NCBI RefSeq assembly: GCF_018977255.1
Contig: NW_024704743.1
Coordinates: 111,602,001 to 111,666,000, forward strand
Origin: Callorhinchus milii
Lineage: Eukaryota
DNA length: 64,000 bases
Reading direction: 5' to 3'
The position numbers were made by a program, and so were the translations under genes. Positions 53,028 to 64,000 of this stretch are shown here, in pieces; position 1 is the stretch's first letter, and every line of letters begins with the position of its first letter. The notes beneath the pieces were generated by a model. The model saw nothing but the letters and a program-made list of their open reading frames with translations. It had not been told where the DNA came from and did not search any database.

Positions 53028-53247
53028 CATGGAACTCCATCCCCCAGTGCCTTCGCCTTGTCTCCTCCCTTTCCTCCTTCAAGGCCGGTCTCAAGACCTT
53101 TCTCTTCGACAGTGCCTTCAGCTCCCCTCTCGACTCTCTACCCCTTCCTTGCTCCCTCCCTTCCGTCCCCTCACCCTGACCATTTCCCCCCTGCTCGGGT
53201 CCCGACCCAACTGTCCAGCGCCTTGGGAACAAATTTTGTTGTTGTTG
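53028..53247 (+). mobile_element. L2 3' fragment
   Basis: Near-identical to the 3' end of the 60541 copy. Confidence 0.9.
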
Positions 53248-53339
53248 ACAGTATATCATTTGCCTTATTGACTGCTTTCTGCACCTGCAAATACAATTTT
53301 AATACTCTATGGAATTACATCGCTAAATTTCATTGCTCA

Positions 53340-53730
53340 TCTACCTCTCTCATTACTTCTCCATACTCCCAACCACATTCTCTGTCTAAAGCGTACAACC
53401 ACACACTTTCCAATGTTAGACTCCGTTTGCCATAGTTCTTCCCACTTGCTTAATAATGCTTTGCATTTTCTCCTGTCCCCTTTACAATTTGCAAACCCTC
53501 CAAGATTAGCAATATTGGTGTCATCTACAAACTTGGAGAGAGTAATTTCCTCTATTCTTGTGACCATATATAGCGAGAAATGTTGGGGCCCCAGCACTGA
53601 TTCATGGAAGACACCATATGCCACTGCTCACCAATCAGAGAATTTTACCAACTCTCTACCTCTTATCTTCTAACCAATTTCCTATCTATGATACAATATT
53701 GCCTTCAATTCCACATGCTTCAATTTAGCT
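53340..53730 (-). mobile_element. Degraded CR1 RT fragment
   Basis: Minus ORF has SVLGP and LSKFVDDT...LGG motifs. Confidence 0.8.
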
Positions 53731-54084
53731 AGTGTAGTATGCAACACAGGAGAGACAGACAGTATCAGCAAATTCAAAGAGTGAATTAAGTATTCGGCAG
53801 ATAGTTTAATTGATGGTAATGAGAGATACAGTTGTCTAAGACTTTTAAAAAAAACTGAGATGATCCAGATGGGCTTTTTCCGGTCCTATAAATTCCTCTC
53901 TTCCTATGTTAGGCTAGTATGTTACGAAATGCAAAGAAATATGAAGGCAATTTCTAAACAGTAAAATTCCAGTATATAATAAGAAAGTGTGTATCAGTGC
54001 TGAAATTTGTAACAGTGGCTGCAAGAGGTGGTCTTGCACTAATAGTGATGTGCGATCAGCTGTAACAAAAGAAAAAGATAGAAA

Positions 54085-54300
54085 TAATTTGCATTTTTAT
54101 AATGCCTTATCTGTTGAAACATCTCAAAATGTTTCAAAGTAACTATTAAGTGCAGTAGCTATTTCTCTTTTCAAATATTATATTTAACGTCTCCCTGGAC
54201 TGTCAGATGGAGCCTCAGTTTAAAGTCTTATCTAAAGAACGGTACTTCCAACAATGCAGCACTCCGCCAATACTACACTGGATTGTCAACCTTGGCTATG
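54085..54300 (-). mobile_element. DeuSINE fragment
   Basis: Reverse complement has GAGTGCTGCATTGTTGGAAG...ACTTTAAACTGAGGCTCC. Confidence 0.6.
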
Positions 54301-54616
54301 CATATAAAAGCAGCTACAGTAAATCTCATTTGAAACAAGTTTTTTTTAAAAAGTAAAACTCTAACAAACACTCAACTGATATTCGCATTATAGGGAGGGT
54401 TTATGAGAAACCTGAATTCACTAAGTAGATTGTGTTGTCTTTTGATAAGAAGCGTGTGTGAAGAGGCAGTTTCTGGCCATAATAGCACTGTTGGATATGC
54501 ATTCCATTGGCCTCACGATAGGTCTCTCCTATAAATGTACACATTGAAAAATCTACTATTTTGCTAGAACAAAAAAAAACCTCCCTGTATTATTAATATC
54601 TGCTTGTACTTGTACA

Positions 54617-55388
54617 CCACAACTGGCACCGCCTTCCATCACCTCCGGAACATCGCCAGACTACGGCATTGCCTCACCCCTCACGCTGCTGAAACCCTGG
54701 TCCACGCCTTTGTCACCTCAAGGCTGGACTATGGGAACTCTCTCCTCGCCGGCCTTCCCGCCACCTCCCTCCACAAGCTGCAGGTCATTCAGAACTCTGC
54801 AGCTCGTGTACTGTCCCGCACCAGGCTTCGGGACCACATCACTCCCACCCTCGCTCGCCTCCACTGGCTCCCCATCCCCCAGAGGATTGACTTCAAGATC
54901 CTCATCCTCACCTACAAGGCCATTCACGGCCTTGCTCCCTCCTACCTCTCCAACCTACTATCCCCCTACCTACCTGCCCATACCCTCCGTTCCTCCGGCT
55001 CTGGTCTGCTCCACGTCCCCCGCCCCAACCGCCCTACCATCGGTGGTCGGGCCTTCAGCCTCTCAGCCCCCAGGCTCTGGAACTCCATCCCCCAGTGCCT
55101 TCGCCGCCTCCTCCCTTTCCTCCTTCAAGGCCGGTCTCAAAACCTTTCTCTTTGACCGTGCCTTCAGCTCCCCTCTCGACTCTCGCTGGACTATGACTCC
55201 CCTCCTTGCTCCCTCCCTTCCCTCCCCTCACCCTGACCATTTCCCCCCTCCTCGCTCCCTCCCTTCCCTCCCCTCACCCTGACCATTTCCCCCCTGCTCG
55301 GGTCATGACCCAACTGTGCAGCGCCTTGGGACGTCCTCCTGACGTGAAAAGCGCTTTATAAATGGAATCTTGTTGTTGTTGTTGTTGT
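54617..55388 (+). mobile_element. Young L2 LINE 3' fragment
   Basis: 183-aa open ORF2 C-terminus; (TTG)n tail; TTGTACTT on both flanks. Confidence 0.95.
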
Positions 55389-57679
55389 ACTTAAGACAAG
55401 AAATGTAAACAAAGGAGAAATACAAATCTGCTTAAACAAGTCACTCTGTGGAAATAAGTACTCTGACGGATCTAATCTTTTTCATGTGTTAGTTGGATAA
55501 ATTAGTTTCATTTTTTCTGACACCACAAAATATGTTCAATAAAATCTTTTTGCTTAGTATCTGAGAAGGTTCAGAATTCTTTATTGTAATATGTTAATTT
55601 TTTCATCTTCTTAAAATTGTGTGACAAGAAAAGTAAAATACAAATACGATGAACTGGAAAAAAATCATTAAAATTAGATTTTAATTTACTTAAATGTTTG
55701 GCTTTCCATTGGACTCAATGGTATTTTACCACATTCTCAACTGAAGTGTACAATTTTATTGTACTACCTACTTCAGTTATGCATTAGGGTATTAAGGACA
55801 ACACTGATTCTTGTCCAAAATTTGGAGCAACAATTATTAGAGAGCTTTCCAGTTTGTTTCTAGGATCAATTTCCAAGTACAGCAGAAAATTAAGTTGAAC
55901 TTGAAAGTTTTACTACAATGAACTATCAACCGTTAAAATCAAAAGCAATAACAGCCTTTCTCTCGCAAACAGTTGAACAGAGTCTGTAACCACTTGATTG
56001 ATTTATTTGAGTTTGGAGCATGGAAGATGGAGTACGTTTTAAGTCTTATAGGAAATGAGGGTCTGAAATTTCTCATCGTCTTAATAACATTGACTAACCT
56101 AGTCTGAACTGATAAGGTGCTATATCAAATGCAAGTATTATTATTATTTATTACTTATTATATCAGATGATACTTAAAATTTGGAAAGCTGGTCTACCAG
56201 ATCCTAGATGCACATCTAAACCCTTTGTTCTCAGATCTGCAGGTAACTCAAAGTTAGCTTCAATACCTTTTCATGCATGAGGTGCTTGCAATAAGCTTTG
56301 TGATGTGCAATTATTATTTGCAGAACATAATGATATATCTATAAGTGCCAGAAGCATTCAAATTAAAATGGTGGAACTAGAAGAATTGGTGGCATTTGGT
56401 AATTATGATGTGTTGAAATCAAACATAAACCAGGATGATGGAAAATTATGTTCAATGTTATTATGTACGTGCTTAAAATCGAAAAATCACTGCTGCTGCC
56501 TGTTTAGCTGTCGTAAACATCCAACAATGGCACAAGGGGCATTCAGCAACCAAAAGTCAGCCAGAGGCCAGAGGCATAAACTCAGCAATACAAAAAATGG
56601 TTAACAAACAAAACGCAGCCTATTTACTACTGTTTATGTAGGAAAGAAAACCTTGAAAAATGGGCGCTAAATGCAGCCGTTTGCCTGATGGCACAGTATT
56701 CAGTCGGGAGTAAAGACAAAATGTAAAATAAATCCACAGTATCTTTCAGCTCGTCTTTGCTGCATGCTGTCTTGCCGGATGGTTCAATTATTTTCACTGC
56801 TTTGTCTTTACCCTGAATTGCTAATTATGACTACCTATTTAGTGACAGCATTTAACATTTTTGACTTAACACAGGTTCTCACTGAACAGAAGCTGACTGG
56901 TGCTGCATTCAACTTAACATGCAAGTTGAACTGGTTCTCACATCCCTTCAGGCTGCTGGTACCTGGAATTCACGCCCAAAGAACTCTGCGGGGTAGAATA
57001 CACAACATTGGTGGCAACATGGAAACCATCAGTCCTGCATAACCTTCTAGATATTTAAGTACAAGTTTGTTTTGCTGCTTTTATATTATTTCAAATTTAC
57101 CTGCAGAGAACGCCTAAAACAAATACAATGAGTTGAATGGCTTCCCTCTGTGCTGATAATTTCAGATTCTGATGTTCAAACAAACAACAGTGAGTTTAAA
57201 AATGACAAATTAATAATTTGAATTGGTGAATTTAGATAAGTGAGGCATAAAGACTATGGCTAAAGAATTCCATAGTCTTCTGCAATCTTTAACACCCATC
57301 TGAAATTATATCTACAGGAACTCGGTTTAGCCTCTCTTCTATTGGTCAGTCAGAAATCTGATATATGGAAAACTTATCAGACTTAAAAGCCTTCATTTTC
57401 AGTTCTGGGAGCACACAAAGCAGTTGCTGTTCACTTGTTGGATCGCATAATCTCTTGGTGGGCGGAGGGAATGAAGGAACACACAATCAGCTTGCTCGAA
57501 GGCAGAGCATTAGGGATCCCAAGGTGCACTTTTTAATGCTGGAATGTCTGCAGCTTGAAATCCTATTGAAGGCTCAGGTAGGCTGGTCATCAATGGCCTG
57601 TCTTACTGAGTATTAGATCACCAAATGCATCACAGAGTGGACTCAGCTCCTGGTTTCTCTCAGTATCCTGGCCAAGAAT

Positions 57680-57858
57680 TGATCACTCAATTCATGGCTG
57701 TTTGTGGAACATTGCGGAGTGTAAACTGGCTGTTCCATTTGCCTAAAAAATACACACACACCACTTTACAGCATATCCTGTGAAGTGTTTGAGATGTCTT
57801 GATGATGTAATAAGGCGGCGCTACATCAAATGCAAAGATCATTATTATTATTATTATT
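57680..57858 (+). mobile_element. SINE 3' half
   Basis: TGTTTGTGGAACATTGC...GCGCTACATCAAATGCAAAGATC then (ATT)n. Confidence 0.75.
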
Positions 57859-59161
57859 GCCAGATTTACCAACATGAAGCAAATTGAATGCCCAGGAGAC
57901 CCCGTTTATTTACCTCCCCAGATGTAAGGCTATCAGATAGCTGACACACACCTGGGAAATAGGAATATCTCCTGAGTGTATGGAGAGACTCTCAGTGGAC
58001 TCAAAGAACCTAATAGGTCTTCTGTTCTTAAATTATTTTATATAAAAATGAAATCACATTCTGTGCAATATTAGCCTGCAATCTCACAACATCAAAGGCT
58101 GAACATCAATAATGAATATACTGAGCTGACACAGTAAGAAAGCCTCAGTGACTCGTGTCAACCAAGGTTACATTTATCAATAAATACGCCAGTAAATATA
58201 CATACAGCCAGTTATCTACAAACCAACTTGTCTGTTACATCTGTGCTTTACCTGCAACATTTAACCATAATATTGCCAGAATTGGAATACAATAAACATT
58301 TTCCACTCGTTTGGAAATGTATTGATTTAAGGAAACCCACTGTAAACTGATAAATTGCAAATAAGTGAAGGATCCGGACTGCTCCATATCACCCATCCAG
58401 TCCGCCACATCATTGGTGGTCGGGCCTTCAGCATCTCTGCCCCCACCATTTGGAACTTCATTCCACAGTCCTTTTGCCTCGCTTCCTCCCTTGCTTCCTT
58501 CAACGCTTAACTCAAGAGCTTCCTGTTTTGTGAACAAATGTTTTGTGGGTACAGCTCCAAAGCAACAGGTTATGGTTTGCCTAGATGGATAGATAGTGCT
58601 GCAGCTCCATAGCCACCTGTCCTTCCTGTGCTGTCACTGGAAACCCTCTCATATTCATATGAGGAGTTTGCTGAGGAAGAAAGCAACTATTTTGACCCAG
58701 AAGTTATGCCTGGGGAACGTTCCGGCAAAGTGGCACCAGATGACCATGCGAGTGAGTGTCTCCTCGTACTTTGGCATTGATGGATGAGCTCTCATCCGAG
58801 ATGGAATACCAAAGGCACGGTCAAACCACTGAGCTGTGAATCAGTCTCGGCACCATAATTATACCCAAGTGACTTTTCATGAACTAAGTAACTCAAATTC
58901 CTGACTGCTACTGCTGTGCTCATCTTGGAAAAGTTTCCTGAGAATACAGACACCAAGAAATTATTACGGATTTGGAATACTTTCTCTACACAATGATACC
59001 CAGATGGTCTTTGTTTTGGTATATCACATGGTGCTGGTGTTGTTTTTGTTATGTTTGTGATAAGGGAACCTGTACAACCTGTTACCACAAGTAGTTGTTT
59101 TCAACTGTAGAAATTGAATGTTTGGGATGTTGCTGTTTAAGTACACAAAATGTTCATTTAT

Positions 59162-59485
59162 ATAATAATAATAATAATAATCCTTGCATTTGATATAGCG
59201 CTTTTCACGTCGGGAGGATGTCCCAAAGCGCTTCACAGAACATACTGTAAAGTGAATTGACTGTATATTTGTGGGCGAACACGGCAGCCAATTGCGCACA
59301 GCAATGTCCCACAAACAGTCGTAGATTGAAAATGACCAATTTATTATTGTTTTTGGTTTTGGAGGGATTATTATTAGGCTCTGTGTGGAGTAAGGAAACT
59401 TGCCCAAGGTTTCGCCCTGCCTGGAATTGAACTCAGGTCTCTCGCTTGCAAAGTGAGTGCTCTAACCACTGAGCTACAGGACTCC
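59162..59485 (-). mobile_element. Young tRNA-Ala-headed SINE, full length
   Basis: Near-identical to the 24046 copy. Confidence 0.95.
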
Positions 59486-60540
59486 AGCAATTAGCTGATA
59501 AAGATACACTGCTAGTGTTTAATGTGATAAAGAACAATTCCACTTTGGCTTCCCTACAGTTGGTCACTAAACTCTTTATTTTCTTCTGCTTTTACACCTA
59601 TTTATATGCTATCTTTTATTTTCTGACATGACTACTGTGTGTCTCACGTTTTAATGATGCACTGTTTGTGAAGGAACTTCAGAGCTCCAGCACACAAAGA
59701 AAATAGTTATTGTAATGACTTTATTAACTTTCAACGTCCCACCGTTCTCCATCCTTGTGTGATCACATTCAGTGCTCTGTTCGATCCTCAATTCTCCTTG
59801 GAACATTCATCCAGGCTCTAACCAAGTCCTTTTCCCTCCAACGTCTGCTTCCATCACTGGCTCATTCTAACACAACTGAAACCATCAACCATTGCTACCT
59901 CCAAATTAGATAAGCCTTGATTTGATCAGCCAGGTGTCTGGCACATGCAGAAGCCGATCACCATGCTTAAGAGAACCAACCCAGTCCGAATTCCATATCT
60001 TTATATCTGTATGCCACCTACACGTGTAAATCTCCTTGCATCTGGAATGCAATCTCTCCCTGGAGGGATGTACCCCGCTTATCTTATTCTGGAGAGTATT
60101 AGGCACATGTTGGTGAGAGCCAAAGCTTTGGGCCTAGAATGTGCATTGGGGTACCAGCAGTTTAACCAGCTAAAACAGCATAACTTGCTGTTCAGAGCAC
60201 TGACTGGTGAACTTCCTGCTACTTGTCCAGCTAGGACCACTCTACCCATTGAAGCTTTGCCTTACAGAGTTACCACGAGTTGAGTGGGAAGAATCTCTGT
60301 TATATAGTCTGCCCGCCAAGTTTGCTGAACACCCAGGCTGGCTGTTCTGTCATCAGTAGTCCCCTGGAGTATTGGTGGCCCTGGATGACTGAGAGATCCC
60401 TAGAGGAATTAACATCCCACATCCTCTCCTGGACTATACTTTGTAATCTCATTACACCCATTCCTGCCTGGCTCCATATGCCCCAACTGATCAATTATGA
60501 TCTGCATCCTTACCTTCAGCATGTCGCCATTGTCTTATCA

Positions 60541-61990
60541 AGCTACCGTCCCAACTCCAACCTCCCCTTCCTGTCCAAGGTCCTGGAACGAGTTGTCGCC
60601 TCCCAGCTGCGCTCTTTCCTCTCCACCCATTCATTATTTGAACCCCTTCAGTCGGGTTTCCGTGCTGCCCATAGCACAGAAATTGCCCTGGTCAAGGTCA
60701 CCAATGACATCCTGACCATCTGTGACCAGGGCTCCCTCTGCCTCCTCGTCCTCCTCGACCTATCAGCAGCATTCAATACGGTCGACCATGCTATCCTCCT
60801 CCACCGCTTGTCCTCCCACCTCAACCTTCAAGGCCCTGTCCTTGAGTGGTTTAGGTCGTACCTCTCCCACCGTCTTCACTTTGTTTCCACGAATGTTTTT
60901 TCCTCCGGCCCCCGCACTGTCTCGTGCGGTGTCCCTCAGGGCTCTGTCCTCGGTCCCCTCCTCTGCACCCTCTATATGCTCCCCCTTGATGACATCATCC
61001 GCAGACATGGGGTTAACTTCCACATGTATGCGGATGACACCCAACTCTACGACCACTGATGTCCTGACAGTCGCCTGTCCGACATCGAGTCCTGGACGAG
61101 AGACAACTTTCTTCAGCTCAACGTGCGTAAAACTGAGGCCCTCCTGATTGGCTCGCGTCAGCGCCTCCGCACCTCAGGCGCTGACAGCATCAGCATCCAA
61201 GGCTGCACTCTCCACCTCTCAAAGTCAGTCAGGAACCTCGGCGTTCTGTTCGACCCTGAGCTGTCCTTTCTCCCTCACATCCGCACAACTGGCACCGCCT
61301 TCCATCACCTCCGGAACATCGCCAGACTACGGCATTACCTCACCCCTCACGCTGCTGAAACCCTGGTCCACGCCTTTATCACCTCAAGGCTGGACTATGG
61401 GAACTCTCTCCTCGCCGGCCTTCCCGGCACCTCCCTCCACAAGCTGCAGGTCATTCAGAACTCTGCAGCTCGTGTACTGTCCCGCACCAGGCTTCGGGAC
61501 CACATCACTCCCACCCTCGCTCGCCTCCACTGGCTCCCCATCCCCCAGAGGATCGATTTCACGATCCTCACCTACAAGGCCATTCACGGCCTTGATCCCT
61601 CCTACCTCTCCGACCTACTATCCCCCTACCTACTTGCCCGTACCCTTCGTTCCTCTGGCTCCGGTCTGCTCCACATCCCCCGCCCCAACCACCCTACCAT
61701 CGGTGGCCGGGCCTTCAGCCTCTCAGCCCCTAGGCTCTTGAACTCTATCCCCCAGTGCCTTCGCCGCCTCCTCCCTTTCCTCCTTCAAGGCCGGTCTCAA
61801 GACCTTTCTCTTTGACCGAGCCTTCAGCTCCCCTCTCGACTCTCTACCCCCTCCTCGCTCCCTCCTTCCCTCCCCTCACCCTGACCATTTCTCCCCTGCT
61901 CGGGTCCTGACCCAACTGTACAGCGCCTTGGGACGTCCTCCCGACGTGAAAGGCGCTCTATAAATGGAATCTTGTTGTTGTTGTTGTTGT
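60541..61990 (+). mobile_element. Longest L2 LINE copy (5'-truncated, RT domain to tail, broken after YADDTQLY)
   Basis: [40 protein letters not shown] motifs; (TTG)n tail. Confidence 0.97.
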
Positions 61991-64000
61991 CTCTGTCTAC
62001 ACAGGATGTTGCATTCTCACGGAACTCTCATCTTCTAGCTACTCCCTCCGTTTCACCAACTCTTGCCTTGTTCATGCCCCCCGATCACTCTGCCCAACTA
62101 TTCGAGGATGAGCTTTCAACCACTTCACCTCCACCCTCTAAAACTCTATTCCAAAATTTCTCCACCTCACTCCTTCCCTTTCTGCTTTCAGAAAGTGTCC
62201 AAACATCTGTCCACTGTCAAAACATGACCACCTCGCCACCACTGTCCTCCCAGCTCGGTTCATATTCTCCCTTTGTAAAACACTTTGAGATATTCTATAA
62301 ATTACATTAAACCTGCCATAAAAGTTCAAATGGCTGTATCAAAATTGTTGTAATAAAGGACTGTTGCATTGCACCATCAACCTCTTTTCACATAGCCCTT
62401 GCTGTTGCTGGGTAATGCAGACCTCAGCATGACGAGGGAGCTGCCACTAACTGTACATGCGTATGATATCATAAAGTAGACATTACCAGCCATTCTGTTG
62501 TGGCCATTTCTACAGCTTTTCTACAGGTTATAGAAAAGTTACTGTATAATGGGTATCTTTCACAGCCTATTTAATTTTGCTACACTGGAAGTTTTTTGCA
62601 CAAAATTTAATGAGCTGTGAAAAATAAATACAATTTTACCTTTAATATGATAAATAGACAAGTGCAACCCTTAGCAGTTGCTTGAAAACATAGCGTCACA
62701 AACAAGAGTTGGACCATTACACAGATAAAGTGGGTAAACAGTATAGGGTGATCATGTTCTTATTTCTACCATTCAGAGTCTCTCCATTGGAAATATGCCC
62801 ATCTCTATATTTTATCAATTGTTACTCTGAACTTTTCTGTCAAGGTCAAAATACCTCCTCACTGTGACAATCAAGACACATTACAATCTAACTCATTCTT
62901 TTCCAGGGCTTCAATATAATGGAACCTTCCTCCATCTTCCTCCCCTTTTCACTGCCTACAAACTATTAAAATCCAAGTTTGAAGCCACTTCTCATTCAAT
63001 GATTTTGTTTTCTCTCTTTTCAAACCAAGTAGTGCGCACCACGGTGGACCTAGGTTCTCAATAAAAACAATATGAATGTTACTCAGAAACAAATAAATGA
63101 CTCTTAACAAAGAGACTATAAAAAAGAAACACTGAGCAATAATGACATTGTGTAAAAATGATTTCTAACTGTTGAGAAAACAGTGTGCAAACATCAACAT
63201 CCTATCAAAGTACTGGGGAATACTGAAGAAATAACTTTTGTGTTCATTTTAAATGAAAAGTCACCAATAGACAAAGCTGAATTTCAACATAGTCCTACCT
63301 TCTTACAAAATATTTTCTTAATTTTGTTCAACAAACAAACTACAATTTAAAACTGAAGGCATTCTAACAAGAGTTTTTAAAACTCCATTTTCTATTGCCA
63401 GCTTCAATTTAATCCATTGGATTTTACATCATTAAAATCTATCATTTACTAACTCCTAAGGACATCAGGTGACAGTCTTTGAGATCTTTATTGTTTTCAT
63501 TAAAAGTTAGAGAATGGAAATATATCAACAGCTACTTGTGATTTCCTTTCTTATAACAGGGTCACATATTATATCTAGCCCCTCTCCCATGGGGCATGCT
63601 AGTAAATCAGTTAAACAATCGTTTTTATATACATGGCAGTTCCCATATCTAAAATGTTACAAAGCTGATCTCAGTAATTCAATCCAGGACACAGCTAACT
63701 GATTGAGCATAAAAATAAAAACAATGACGATGACATTGTTTTTAAATACACAAACGAAGCGACTGAAAATGTTATGCAGTACCCTGTCTGAATGCATATC
63801 ACAGTCACAAAGGTTGAGTGGATGTTGATAGTCATATCAGGACACAGCTGTGCAGACAATGATCCAGTTTCACATGCTGCCATCATGAATGCCTTACAGT
63901 TATAAATATGGAGAACGAAAGTATCATTGTTCACTGTCCCTGAAGAAAATGAAGCCTGCAGTTTTAGAATATCCATTCTCTTTTCTTGATGACTTATTTA

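Noticed and set aside
54710..55282. Long Pro/Ser-rich ORFs (also 35020, 61148)
   Set aside because: Alternative frames of C-rich L2 sequence
57101..57113. Possible 13-nt micro-exon (TTTAG|GCGTTCTCTGCAG|GTAAAT)
   Set aside because: No support beyond splice-like motifs that occur by chance
59024..59407. Recurrent ORF ending KCKDYYYYY (also 24014, 24960)
   Set aside because: Chance frame through the SINE and its (TTA)n tail
59412..59485. tRNA-Ala(TGC)-like cloverleaf with perfect anticodon stem CTCGC/GCGAG
   Set aside because: It is the head of a multicopy SINE continuing into body and tail; not called as a tRNA gene
60280..61815. Intact RT gene or domesticated retrogene
   Set aside because: 5'-truncated, no endonuclease domain, frame broken after YADDTQLY, near-identical to other L2 copies
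63695..63976. 93-aa minus-strand ORF as an upstream exon
   Set aside because: Not coiled-coil, no recognisable homology, no convincing splice sites

Overview
Vertebrate nuclear DNA, most likely a cartilaginous fish (chimaera/shark-type L2, CR1, Deu-domain SINE and tRNA-SINE repeats; species is an inference). The window holds the internal part of one minus-strand gene: 16 coding exons from 44034 down to 1760 (2823 nt, 941 aa, open frame with phase-consistent splice sites) encoding a long coiled-coil protein. The 3' eight exons align by eye with human PMFBP1 as I recall it; the 5' eight exons add at least 358 aa upstream of the mammalian start. No start or stop codon is in the window, and no exon was found in 44035-64000. 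Introns are full of young L2 LINE 3' fragments, a tRNA-Ala-headed SINE sharing the L2 3' stem-loop, older CR1 and DeuSINE copies, a CR1-Zenon-like RT fossil and several unique enhancer-like blocks. Main oddities: heptad-multiple phase-0 exon lengths, a GC-AG intron, a SINE/LINE tail with a compensatory base pair, and inverted repeats flanking in-frame exons. I found no evidence for a wholly new biological system.
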